Positions 12,560-24,378 are shown, counted from the first letter of the whole stretch. The stretch: 63,007 nucleotides of DNA, filler included, from Octopus bimaculoides (GCF_001194135.2; 7 parts of 7 records of this genome joined end to end with filler, not necessarily neighbours in it), one strand, 5' to 3'. A program made the numbers and translations. Notes: generated by a model not told the origin, from the letters alone.

Positions 12560-13432
12560 ATAGTGGGAATAGAGCGGGATGTGTCTATCTAAGGTCATAT
12601 GATGTGTATGGATGAGGGCAGCTGTGTAAATAAGTATGGAAGTGGTAGACCCAGGAAAACGTAGGACAAGGTGGTGTAATATAATCTTCAATTGTTGAAT
12701 CTCACGGAGGTAATGACAAGTGTAATGTGGAAGCGCAATGGCCCAGTGGTTAGGGCAGCGGACTCGCGGTCATAGGATCGCGGTTTCAATTCCCAGACTG
12801 GGCGTTGTGAGTGTTTATTGAGCGAAAACACCTAAAGCTCCACGAGGCTCTGGCAGCGGATGGTGGCAAACCCTGCTGTACTCTTCCACCACAACTTTCT
12901 CTCACTCACTCTTCCTGTTTCTGTTGTTCCTGTATTTCAAAGGGTCAGCCTTGTCACACTGTGTCACGCTGAATATCCCCGAGAACTACGTTAAGGGTAC
13001 ACATGTTTGTGGAGTGCTGAGCCACTTGCACGTTAATTTCACGAGCAGGCTGTTCCGTTGATCGGATTGACTGGAACCCTCGATGTCGTAAGCGACGGAG
13101 TGCCAACAACAACAACAAAATGACAAGTGACTGAGACTTCTGGTGATTTGCTGTGCTCAAGAAAACATAACTAAGTGAAATTGTGGTCACAGCCAGTGCT
13201 AGTGACACATAAAAGGCACCTGTACCAGTGAAACATAAAAGGCATCCATGCTGGTAGAAAGCACCCAGTACCCTCTGCAAAGTGGTTGGCATCAGGAAGG
13301 GCATCCAGCCATAGGAACCAAACCAAAACAGATGACTGGAGCCTGGTCCAGTTCTCTAGCTTAGCAGCTCTGGTCACACTATCTAACACATGACAGCATG
13401 GAAAATGGATGTTGAATGATGATGACGATGAT
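12560..13432 (+). mobile_element. RTE-clade LINE 3' end (ORF C-terminus, 3' UTR, (GAT)n tail), interrupted by a SINE
   Basis: GSGRPRKT*DKVV*YNLQLLNLTEVMTS|D*DFW*FAVLKKT continues across the SINE. Then ggcatcaggaagggcatccagc...gcatggaaaatggatgttgaatgatgatg. Confidence 0.75.
12723..13118 (+). mobile_element. Full-length tRNA-derived SINE with 11-bp target-site duplication
   Basis: A-box tggcccagtggttag, B-box-like ggtttcaattccc, (AAC)n tail. TSD aatgacaagtg at 12712-12722 and 13119-13129. Confidence 0.9.
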
Positions 13433-14179
13433 GATAATTTATCCTCAGAAAATTCCAGAATGTTAATTTTAGTTTATGCTTGCAATTTGCTATCAATTCA
13501 TTGTGTTTGTTTATCATTTGCTCCTTATAAGCAAATAGAATCTCTGGAGCCTCTCATAGAAAGAACTTGCATGGCTTCCTTTCTCCTTCGTAAGATTCAG
13601 ATACCATTAGAATGGACCAGTTAACTCAACAGAGTGAGAGATATGAGAGTGGAATGTTTAACTGGACTTGATGTATGTATGAGATGGCAAACTGGCAGAA
13701 TCATTAGCATGTTGGGCAAATTGCTTAGCATCATTTCGTTTGTGTTTACATTGAGTTCAAATTCCACTGAGATCAACTTTGCCTGTCATTTCTTTTGGGG
13801 GTCAAGAAAATAAGTACCAGTTGAGTGCTGGGGGTTGATGTAATCAACTTACTTCTCTCCCTGAAATTACTGACCTTGTGCTAAAATTTGAAATCACTAT
13901 GTATGTATATATGCATGCATATATGTTTGTATGTCTATTTATAGACACACACACGCACATACAGATATGAACATAAGTCTATGACACTGCATTCTTCTTT
14001 ATGTTAATTTTAATAATATTAGCATCTGAAGGCTGATTTTGCATCTCTTTATTGTGTCTACTGAACCTTGTAGGATGCTCTGTGGCTATTATAACTCTTT
14101 GTTAAGAAATCTAACTGACTTGCATATCTAGTTGCACCATATCATTACTGTAAGACTTTTGTGTTTTTGTTATTTGCAG

Positions 14180-14380
14180 GTAATATTTTTGAGGAGGGTG
14201 GTGCATCCGAAAATGATCCGTTCTTCTCCTGGGGTTCGGTCACTGTCTTCTGTGAAGGAGTTTACTGTTCAAGAGTCTCTGCCGTCCCTTCCAATTCCAC
14301 CTTTGGAACAGACTCTCCATAAATATGAACAGTCAATTCAACCCCTTCTTGGGGAAGAAGAACTTCAACACACACACAAG
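14180..14380 (+). CDS. CRAT: Carnitine O-acetyltransferase, first visible coding exon (VIFLRRVVHPKMIRSS...QESLPSLPIPPLEQTLHKYEQSIQPLLGEEELQHTHK)
   Basis: tttgcag acceptor and GTAATT donor at 14381; phase 0-0. LPSLPIPPLEQTL is the N-terminal LPxLPVPPL signature of carnitine/choline acyltransferases. In-frame ATG at 14213. Confidence 0.9.
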
Positions 14381-14625
14381 GTAATTTGAAACTTTCTTTC
14401 AGTTTTCTTTTTTGTATATTTTGTAAATGTTTTAATAATCACATATCTCTCTGCTATCAATATCAGTTGTTTATAATCTTCAATGTTGCCCTGATAATTA
14501 AATAGTTTCAGCTTAAAGTTTTTTTGTTTTTTTTTTAAATGTATGATGTCTATAGGTGTCATTTTATGATTTATGTTTTTAAAGCATTCTACATTCTTGG
14601 TCCTTCTGTGTTTTTTTTTTTACAG

Positions 14626-14706
14626 GTTATAGAAGAGTTTAAAAAAGGTATCGGACCTAAACTTCAAGAACTATTGATAGAAAGAGCAAAATCAACTGAA
14701 AATTGG
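14626..14706 (+). CDS. CRAT: CRAT exon (VIEEFKKGIGPKLQELLIERAKSTENW)
   Basis: Poly-T tract then CAG acceptor; GTAAGA donor; 81 nt, phase 0-0. Homologous to human GVGERLQKGLERRARKTENW. Confidence 0.93.
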
Positions 14707-17048
14707 GTAAGATGCCTTTAAGAAAAACGATTGCATAGGGTCAAATTCTATAAGTTTGAAGAAATGTTTCATCATAGAAAAATCTTCATACGAGTTACAA
14801 TGTATTTGGTACACAGCAATTGTGCAGTTGACATGGTAACAGTTCTGAGAAGATAAACAGCAAACAGCACTAAAAGTAACAGTGATAATCATTAGTACAT
14901 GTATCTACTGCTTCCAATACACAACCTTCATCCTCAGTTATTTTGTTCGACCACCTTCTTGCATATACAGCAGCATACTTCAGAAAGACAGTAGAAAATG
15001 ATAATGTTTTATTAATGTACAAGATACAATAAAAATACTCATTTGGTTGTCCAATGAAGTTTTGGAATCCCCCATCATATGCTCCCATTTACTCAGCTAC
15101 TTAAGTGGAACAATTATTTAACCCACTTAGGACACCCAGGCTGATTGTTCAGCCCAAGTGATACAAACTGAAGGGACTTTGAGGCCGATCCATCAGCCCA
15201 ATGGAACAAATGTTGTGAATGGTTGGTTTTGAAGTGTAATAGCTAATCAGAGATCGTCTTTCAGTAGATGTATCGCAAAAGAAAAAAAAGATGGGGTTTT
15301 TTTTTGGGCGGGGGGCTACACATACCAAAACACAATGTGTTTCAAAAGGGTTAAACATTGCTGGAATTGTCATTGGTTTAATGTCTACTCCATTCATTGA
15401 GGCAGATTTTTCTAGGGCTGTATACAGCTTCCTGTCACCAACCCTCTCTTGTTTCCAGGCCAATAATATTGTTTTTATAGAAGATGGGAACACCACTTAT
15501 ATGATGGTAACATTCATTAAAAACTATTGTATGATATCAAGGGAAGAAGTCGCAAACACTCACACACGTATGTTCACACATATACATGCTCACACATGCA
15601 CCTCTTTCTTATCATCATCATTGGTTTAATCTCCATTTTTTTACATGCTTGCATGGATCAGATGAAATTTGTTGAGGCACACTTTCTATGGCTAGACACT
15701 CTTCCTATTGCCAGACCTCACATGTTTCCAACCAAGATAATATTTCTCTATAACTGGACATATATTTCACTGGAAACAAACAGCATCACTTGTCTGATGG
15801 TGATATTCATTTACAACCACCATGGGATGTCAAGACATGTGTGCACACACACATGCCCTCCCCTCCCTATATGATGAGCTTCTTTCAGTTTCCATCAACG
15901 AAATTCACTCACAAAGCTTTGGTTGATCCAGGAATATAGTAGAAGATACTTGCCCAAGGTGCCATGCAATGGGACTGAACCTGAAACATCATAGTTGTGA
16001 AGTAAGCTTCTTAACCTCATAGTCATGCCTGCACCTGTGTGTGTGTGTGTGTAATTACACACAAGCACCTACATACACACGATGGGCTTTCTTCAGTTCC
16101 CATCTCCTAAATCTGCTTACAAGAAGACATTTGCCCAAGATGCCATACAGTAGATGGGAAGCAAATTTCTTGACCATGCTGCCATACCTAGAAAATAGAA
16201 TTGTCCCTGCATTCTTTTATCTAAAATTTGAATATTTTTCTAGTGAAATGAATTTGTATAAATCAATCATTAAGCACACTTCTTATGACACACAGGAACT
16301 CAATGTACCTCTATTCTAAATCCAAGAGACACTTGGTTATTTACATAGCATTATCCTCTAGTTCTTTTGATTTCACTTGTCAAACACTACAATATATCTA
16401 ATGTAACAGTCAGGAGAGTAGGAATTTTAAAAATTGATTTTGAAAATAATTTTTTTAATAACATTGTTTTAGATCTGTCAGTGCTACAGGGTAAAAAGTA
16501 AACTGTGAGAAGCTAAATTCCTAACTTGTAGCTGTATTACATTATTATATAAACACAAGAGTGTTGTAGCTAAAATTGTTTTCATTTAGCTTTAGGTTGG
16601 CATTGATTGGAAAGACCTTTGATCAAAGACATTCTAGGTTGGATCATCCTATGTTTTTTTTTTAATCTATAAATTGTGGTTTGAGGAAATTTAACTGCAA
16701 TTTTCAGCAGTTTAAATGTCTACGTAGAAGCACCCTCATTGGTTTCGTGATTTTAATTAATATATTATTAATATGATGTTTGGAACACAACTTAGAAATA
16801 ATTCTTACCTAAAACTCTGATGACTCATTTACCATATTATACTTTTAATCATAAAATAATGAAGTTTCATTTAAGATTTTAATTTAAATATGGAAAGTAT
16901 ATTACAGGTTATTTCAAATAGGTCTGTACCATAAGACTCATTATAGCATAGAACACTGGAAAAGTTAAAATAGCTTCAAATCCTTCTGTTAGTATGTCTT
17001 ATGTCTGAGAAACAATGTCTTTGCTAAGGAATTTATTTCTTCTTGCAG

Positions 17049-17167
17049 CTTTCACAGTGGTGGTTACATTACGGCTACTTAAGTGTTAGGTCCCCAGTGG
17101 TTGTCAATTCCAGTCCAGGGATGCTTTTGCCATTACAGAAATTTGAAGGAGAAAAGGAACAATTGAA
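17049..17167 (+). CDS. CRAT: CRAT exon (LSQWWLHYGYLSVRSPVVVNSSPGMLLPLQKFEGEKEQL)
   Basis: ttgcag acceptor and GTAAGT donor; 119 nt, phase 0-2. WW...YL..R.PVV..SSPG motif. Confidence 0.95.
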
Positions 17168-17832
17168 GTAAGTACTGTTTTCTTTTCTTTCTTTCAAAGA
17201 TCTTCACATGAAATATTAGTTTTTGTTTCATCATATGATACCTCATTATAAACTTGAATTGAATTTCTGGTACTTCTTCGGAATTCAGCCCTCTCCCCTA
17301 TAACTTTTGAACCAGTAATTTTTTTAAAAAATTTTTCAGATTCATATGTTTTCGACATCAGAGATTATGGTTTAGAAAAAAAAAAATTAATTTTAATACC
17401 TCGCCCAATTTATTTACTTTGTTTACGGCTGACAAGATGTGCTGTCATGCACAAAATGACAGCTTCCAAATCCTGTTTCCTTGATTGGGTGAAAATTATC
17501 AGACTTTAAACCTCTATAACTTGAAATCTAAAAAATTGATGGTAGTTTTTATGTGTCACCAGTGCAGGAGCCAGTCAATGGGGATTGGCATCGGTCATGT
17601 TTGGATGGTATTTTTTATGTGCCACCAACACGGGGAGCCAGTTGCCAGTCGGGTGACACTGGTATACACACATATTACAAACCTAGTATATCAATAAACA
17701 TTACAAACCTAGTAATCAATAAATATGGAAGCAAAATGCTCAAGTACCTCATATGCCAAGATTGTTGTCTTTCAAGACAGCAAGCCAATGGTTCGAGTAT
17801 CAAGCTCAATTCATTATACTAATGAATGGATG

Positions 17833-18005
17833 TCATCATCATCCCTTAACGTCTGTTTTCCATACTGGCATGGATTGGACAGTTCGACTGGGGTCTGGGA
17901 AGCTAGGAGGCTGTACCAGGCTCCAATTTGATTTGGCAGTGTTTCTACAGCTGGATGCCCTTCCAAACGCCAACTGCTCCAAGTGTGTAGTGGGTGCTTT
18001 TTATC
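17833..18005 (-). mobile_element. RTE LINE 3'-UTR tail fragment
   Basis: catcatcatc...ccatactggcatggattggac...ctacagctggatgcccttcc, antisense to the (GAT)n-tailed family. Confidence 0.8.
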
Positions 18006-19365
18006 CAGGTTGAGGAAATAGTTCAGAAAAAGACTTCGTAACTTTGTTTTTATTTCCTGAGGTCAAATTTTACCTTCAACTTTCAAGATCAATAAAATAA
18101 TACCAATATTGTGTGGCGAATTGGTAGACCTATAAGAACATCAGAATCAATGTTTTGTGGTATTTGTTTATGGTTTTTGTGTTCTGAGTTCAAATCCTTC
18201 TGTGACCTACATAGACGGTAGACCTAATCCGTGGTTTGGCTTCATTCTGTTGGGTCAGGTTTCCAGTTTGAAGATAACCTTCCTCCCTTCTTCCCACCAG
18301 TCTTGAAAGCCCTGTAAAGGGTTATGGGTGCTGTTTTCCTTTCCCTCCTGACTAAAATATAAAATAAAATGCTAGTGTAAACTACTACTTCCCCTCACCT
18401 CCTCTCTCAAATCTTCCTCTCCCTCTTTATTTCCTACACTCTCTACTGCTCCTCTCTCTTCCTCTTCTCTAGCTTCTCTTTCAGTTTGTGTTTATCTATA
18501 AATACCTCTATCTGTGCACACTTTCTGAGTTCAAATCTCATTGGGGTTGAGCCTGTGATCCAAACTGCTTGAATTAATAAAATAAGTCCCAGTCATGAAC
18601 TCATGTTGATTCAATTGACCAAACTCTTTGTCTACAAATCTGTGGCATTGAAAGAGTATTAAAGAGAAAAAATACTAAGGGGAAGCCATTATCTTCTCTT
18701 TCGTTATAGGCAAGGATTGTACACAGATGAAGACGTATAGGATTATAAACTTTTTTGTATCTAGTTCTACACCTCACATTTTTGTGCCCAAATTCTTTCA
18801 AATTTTAAATTACCCTGAATTGATAAATATATTGTAACTACTTCAGTCTAATATAACTCCTAGTTCTTATAAAATGTACTTTGTACTTCACTGTTGAAAC
18901 GATAAAGTTGGGGTTACCTGTTCCCAGAGCTAGTTTTACCACAATTAGACAGATTTGTTCAAATTGGGCCCCATACCAAGGGAGGACCCTGCACACATGC
19001 GTGAATGGAGGATACTCTGATGAATTTTTAGTACATCATTATAGCTAATGGCGGAGCCGCAAGCCCTCAACTCTTTTTGGCTGGGACTGGTGTACTACTT
19101 GAAGCATAAAAGATCAATCTTCAACTTTTGTAGAGTAGAGGGCCCCATTGACAATTCTCTATTTGGGCTGTGCACTTCCTAGTGCTGGCCTTGCCTGTAT
19201 CTCAGTGGTAAGGTTTTGACAAACTATGTCTGATACATTTTTGATTCTCTATTGAAACCATTTCAATTTTTCTGTGTAAATGTTATTCAAAAAGGTAAGT
19301 GCTGCACAAAATTACATCTCTCCAACAAAAATCTGAGCTCTCAATCTTTATTCTCTCTCTATTAG

Positions 19366-19419
19366 GTTTGCTGCAAAAATCATATCTGGAATTCTGGATT
19401 ACAAGATCATGTTAGATGA
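19366..19419 (+). CDS. CRAT: CRAT exon (K-FAAKIISGILDYKIMLD)
   Basis: Pyrimidine tract then TAG acceptor; GTAAGT donor; 54 nt, phase 2-2. Matches human RFAAKLIEGVLDFKVMID. Confidence 0.93.
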   Translation, partial: VCCKNHIWNSGLQDHVR

Positions 19420-20159
19420 GTAAGTATCAAAATAACATGGTTACTTTATGTACGATGCTACTTTCCACGTCATAATTTTGATAAGGCTCAAACATCCATA
19501 CAAGTATATACAAGTATACACTGTTACTTACATATATATATTTACATATATATGTAACATCTCAGCTAATTTTTTAGCCCAGTCACTTCAATCTGAGAGT
19601 TCCAGCATGCTATTAAAACTGATACAAGATTTTGATGGATTCACTTATATTTAAACTTCAAAACACAATTTTGTCTCAATGATTTTCAAGGTGTCTAATT
19701 TGGCCATTTGTTTCACAAAATTGTTGAAATTAGCAGGGATCATTAGAAAGAAAACATTTCAGCTGTTCCTAGCTATAATTGGTTGTTTTAGATTACTTCA
19801 TCCATTGATCTTCTCTACCCACTATTCCTTGGAGGGTCTTTGGGGTACAGTCCTTAGCTATCTATCAGAAGCTACTGTCATTACACTTTCTGGCTGGGCT
19901 CCCAAGCATGACCAATTGAGATTATGGATTTTATCCAACCATCTTGCTCTTAGTCTACTCTTAGGCCTCCTGCCAAGTTGGCTTGAAGAATGTGTCTTGT
20001 GATTCTTTCCTGAGATATTCTAATTTGTGACTTTTCAATGTGGAGAAATAGCTGCTGAAATTGGAGAGATTTCCTGGTCTCCAAGCTATGCACCCTGTTG
20101 AGTTTCTTCATAAAAGCTTGAAAATCATCATCATCATTGTCGTTGTCATCATCATCTTC

Positions 20160-20193
<34 letters not shown>

Positions 20194-20220
20194 CTACCAC
20201 CACCACCGCCATCATCATCA

Positions 20221-20405
20221 TCATCATCATTATCATACGTCTTCCTTCCATACTGGCATGGGTTGGACGGTTTGACAGAATCTGGTCAGGTAGAAGACTA
20301 CATCAAGCTACTGTGTCTGTTTTGGCATGGTTTTTACAGCTGGATGCCCTTCCTAACATCAACCACCCCATAAAGTGGACTGAGTGCTTTTTACATTGTA
20401 CCAGC
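20221..20405 (-). mobile_element. RTE LINE 3'-UTR tail fragment with long (ATC)n tract upstream
   Basis: Same signature; (ATC)n at ~20144-20235. Confidence 0.8.
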
Positions 20406-21611
20406 ACAATGTTGATATAAAAGTAAAACTTTTTTTTTGATTATGATGATAAGAAGTATTTAATAATACTTTAAGACAGAAAGTTGATGAAATAATTTGA
20501 GCAGGTTTTAAAGTAGCTACTCCTTTGTAGAAACAACTGCTTAATAGTAGTAGTATGGAGGAAATGTGCTGTAACTGTGCACTGCTACTTCCACCATTTG
20601 TTGGTGATTCCCTACTCTTTGTGGACGACACCTTCGCACCACTCAGGAGACAACCCTCCAACCCATGGGTCTGTTTGAGTAGCCATTGCTGGTGAGGGTT
20701 TTTACAAGATTGGAATACAAATCCTACCTCAACCTCTTTTAGTCACCTTTTATGATATGCAGAAGAAATGTTGGGTCTGTTATTTGACATTCTGTTCCCC
20801 ACTCAGCTCAATCATTAAAAAATAAAAAAATAAATAAAAAGGGGGAACTATTTAGAATAAAATAAAAATATAACCAAATGATAACAAAAACAAATTTCTC
20901 TTTGGATTTCATCATTTTAATTCTTGCATTTTTTTTTTTTTTTTTTTNNNNNNNNNNNNNNNNNNNNNNNNNNNNNNNNNNNNNNNNNNNNNNNNNNNNN
21001 NNNNNNNNNNNNNNNNNNNNNNNNNNNNNNNNNNNNNNNNNNNNNNNNNNNNNNNNNNNNNNNNNNNNNNNNNNNNNNNNNNNNNNNNNNNNNNNNNNNN
21101 NNNNNNNNNNNNNNNNNNNNNNNNNNNNNNNNNNNNNNNNNNNNNNNNNNNNNNNNNNNNNNNNNNNNNNNNNNNNNNNNNNNNNNNNNNNNNNNNNNNN
21201 NNNNNNNNNNNNNNNNNNNNNNNNNNNNNNNNNNNNNNNNNNNNNNNNNNNNNNNNNNNNNNNNNNNNNNNNNNNNNNNNNNNNNNNNNNNNNNNNNNNN
21301 NNNNNNNNNNNNNNNNNNNNNNNNNNNNNNNNNNNNNNNNNNNNNNNNNNNNNNNNNNNNNNNNNNNNNNNNNNNNNNNNNNNNNNNNNNNNNNNNNNNN
21401 NNNNNNNNNNNNNNNNNNNNNNNNNGATTAGTGGTTATTTAGTCAGAAGTTCAAAACTTTTGCAGTCATTCTATTTTGCCTTAAGGCAAGGCATATTATT
21501 TGCCTTTGGTCACCTATCTCTATGCAATCTTTCAAATGTGCTAAAAATAAATTCAACTTTACGATGAAAGTAAACAAACAAAGTTTGTTCTTAGAAGCAT
21601 TGAGATGTATT

Positions 21612-21810
21612 GTAAGATACAGAAATAAATTTATTTCTCAAACGCGTGATAATGCTATAAATAGCGTGATCAGGATAAATTATCCATATAATGCAGAAAA
21701 ATACATTACTGGTCAGCTGTGAGTTCGAGTCTCATGGCTGGCCAGTAACGTATTTTTCTGCAATAAATGGATAATTTATCCTGATCACGCTATTTATTTC
21801 TGTATCTTAC
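21612..21810. mobile_element. Foldback element: ~60-80-bp inverted arms with a tRNA T-loop/B-box-like apex
   Basis: aaatagcgtgatcaggataaattatccatataatgcagaaaaatacattactggtcagc pairs with gctggccagtaacgtatttttctgcaataaatggataatttatcctgatcacgctattt (about 4 mismatches in 59). Apex tgag-ttcgagt-ctca. Confidence 0.85.
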
Positions 21811-22273
21811 GTGCTAAAAATAGTAACCAAGTCTTCCTCAAATTATGCCTTATTGTCTGTCTTAAGGAAAACAAGGTTGTATTGGATATCATTCTAGATC
21901 ATTTAGGTCTGATAATCAGGATGTATTGTACCTGGAACACCTTTTATTGTATATAAGTTTACATGATCAGAGCTAATCTAAGGCTATATAGCAACATCAT
22001 TAACATTGTTTACATCAGCTTTCCATGCTGAAGTGGAGTAAATGGATTGTTGCTGCTCTCCTAGATGATTTGGAGAACTACATCTCATAAGTTTCATTTT
22101 GGGGTTGGTTTCTGAATCTGGATGCCGTTTCTAAGACCAACCACTTTATGGAGTGTACTGGGTGCAGTTTTTTTATGGAATCAGTATTAGAAAGATCGTA
22201 ACGTCTTTGACAAGACTCTTGCGTAACATTTGTTATGTACAGTTTCTAATATTGATCTACTAATATCTTTAAG

Positions 22274-22642
22274 ATCCCCTTTGGTCATGAACGACCATGG
22301 GATTGCACCTAGAAAGTTCCCCTCCAACATATGGCTCAGTGGTTAGAGCATCGGGCTCACAATCATGAGATAGTGAGTTCGATTCCTGAACCAGGCTGTG
22401 CGTTGACACTTTATTTCACGTTGCTCCAGTTCACTCATCTGCCGAAATGAATTGCAATGTCACTGGTGCCAAGATTTATCAGCTTTTGCCTTTCATAACA
22501 TTGGTGGCATGGAGAAGAGAGGTTGGTATGCATAGGCGACTGCTTGTCTTCCATAAACAACCTTGCCCCAGACTTGTGCCTCAGCGGGGAACTTTCTAGG
22601 AGCAATCCCATAGTCATTCATGACCAAAGGGGGTCTTTACCT
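22274..22642 (+). mobile_element. tRNA-derived SINE preceded by an inverted copy of its own 3' end; 13-bp TSD
   Basis: TSD taatatctttaag at 22261-22273 and 22643-22655. 22274-22322 is the reverse complement of ~22586-22635. A-box tggctcagtggttag and B-box gagttcgattcc at 22332-22386. Confidence 0.85.
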
Positions 22643-23363
22643 TAATATCTTTAAGTATCTGGAAGTGTACCATCATTAAAATAATAAAATGATCATGACA
22701 AATATATTTACAGGGGTTAGTTAGTGAAAAGAGTTGATGGACAAGTTGATAGGTGTATTGGACACTTGACTGAGAGGTCAGCAATTCATAACCTGACCAC
22801 AGCTATGTGTTGTGGCTAAGGCTCTTCTCTCAACTTGCCCAGTCCAGCTAGCTGAAAATAAGCACAGCTTGTTACTCATCAACATCATAAAATTAATGTC
22901 TGGTTGTTGTTACTGTTACTTAGCACCAGCTTAACTCTGATCCATGATCATATGTATTCCTACCATGACTATATCATCTGTTTTTAGACACAGTGTGTCT
23001 TGGATTACATTATGCAATGTATCCTCTTTTAAAATGGTAGTGTATAATATAAGGGAGATTTGGTTTATCTTTCTAGCAAGTTGAATAACCATGTAGAGGC
23101 TTTCTCATTAGCTTATGAGTTTTCCTCTCACATAGCTCAGTTTGTAGAGCATGAGACTTTAACTGACTGCTGGCTCATTAGCATGAAGTTATGAGTTCAA
23201 TCCCTGCTGGTGTAACCAAGAGAGGAGCTGGATTAATCACCAATTGATGGATACGTTTGGCTCATGAAAATTCTATTCATTCACTTAATCATCTGACAGG
23301 AAAGTTGATCATTCATACTGTTAGAAATTATTTCAGATCATATGTTCAAAAATAAATATAATA

Positions 23364-23588
23364 ATGTGGCCGTTGCCAGTACCGCCTGACTGGCCTTCGT
23401 GTCGGTGGCACGTAAAAGCACTCATTACACTCTCTGAGTGGTTGGCGTTAGGAAGGGCATCCAGCTGTAGAAACTCTGCCAAATCAGATTGGAGCCTGGT
23501 GCAGCCTCCTTGCTTGCCAGCCCTCAGTCAAACCACCCAACCCATGCTAGCATGGAAAGCGGACGTTAAATGATGATGATGATGATGA
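23364..23588 (+). mobile_element. RTE LINE 3'-UTR tail fragment
   Basis: ...gttggcgttaggaagggcatccagctgtagaaactctgcc...gcatggaaagcggacgttaaatgatgatgat. Confidence 0.85.
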
Positions 23589-24378
23589 GTAGTTAAATTT
23601 CTTACAATTTATCTCATGAAAAACAAAAAAAAAAAAACATAAACAAAACAAATCTAAGTTTTTAAGGATTACTACTGCTTTGAGCTAATGAAAGAGCCTC
23701 TTTGCAGTCATTCAATTTGTTGGAAATTGCTGCCAAATCTTCACATTTCACCTAGTATCTTTAACTATGTTAATTCATGTTCCAAATACCAGTTTAATAT
23801 TGACAAAATCATTTTACTAAATTCTTCATTATTTCCAAATTTAAATAAAACAAAACAAAAGGATTAAACTATATTAAGTAGCTTTGGATATAATGAGCAA
23901 GACAAAGGACAGAGTGGCCATAATTGGAATGTTGGTCAAAATATTGTTTAAATGGCTTTAAGAAATATTAATATTATCCTCATCTTTGAAGATTTTAAAA
24001 AAAAGTTACAGATGTTTAGCTCTGATTTTATAATGCTAAACAGAAGAGAGATAAGTCTTCTCTTGAATAAGATAGTGATCTATTGCAAATTACATGGTAT
24101 CTTACCCTCACAGTTGGGTCAACTGAAATGCATAGATTTATAAGATTTTTACTCAAATACACAACATTCTTCTTTTTTCTTGTTAGAATGTAGATTTATC
24201 CTTTCAGCTTACCAAAAGCTTATCTGCTATGGAAACAATTCTAACTGTAAACCACAGAAAATATTGTCTTCTAAAATATATTTGCTTTTAGTGATTAATT
24301 ACAGGAAAATTGGGGGGAAAAAAAAAGATTTTTTTTTTGTCATTTTATTTGATTTATCTTGTGTTGATCATTTCCTAG

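Noticed and set aside
12729-12800. Functional tRNA gene
   Set aside because: The tRNA-like head runs into a SINE body with tail and TSD, and the acceptor and anticodon stems do not pair properly. No bona fide tRNA or rRNA gene was found in the window.
13520-13590. Possible CRAT first exon ATGGCTTCCTTTCTCCTTC|GTAAGA (MASFLL...)
   Set aside because: The donor is phase 1 whereas the exon at 14180 needs phase 0. It could only be an out-of-frame uORF or UTR exon, and there is no further support.
18310-18345. GGTTATGGGTGCTGT (GYGCC) as a candidate for the CRAT C-terminal DGYG motif
   Set aside because: It lies in the wrong position (upstream intron), has an in-frame stop just before it, and has no splice sites.
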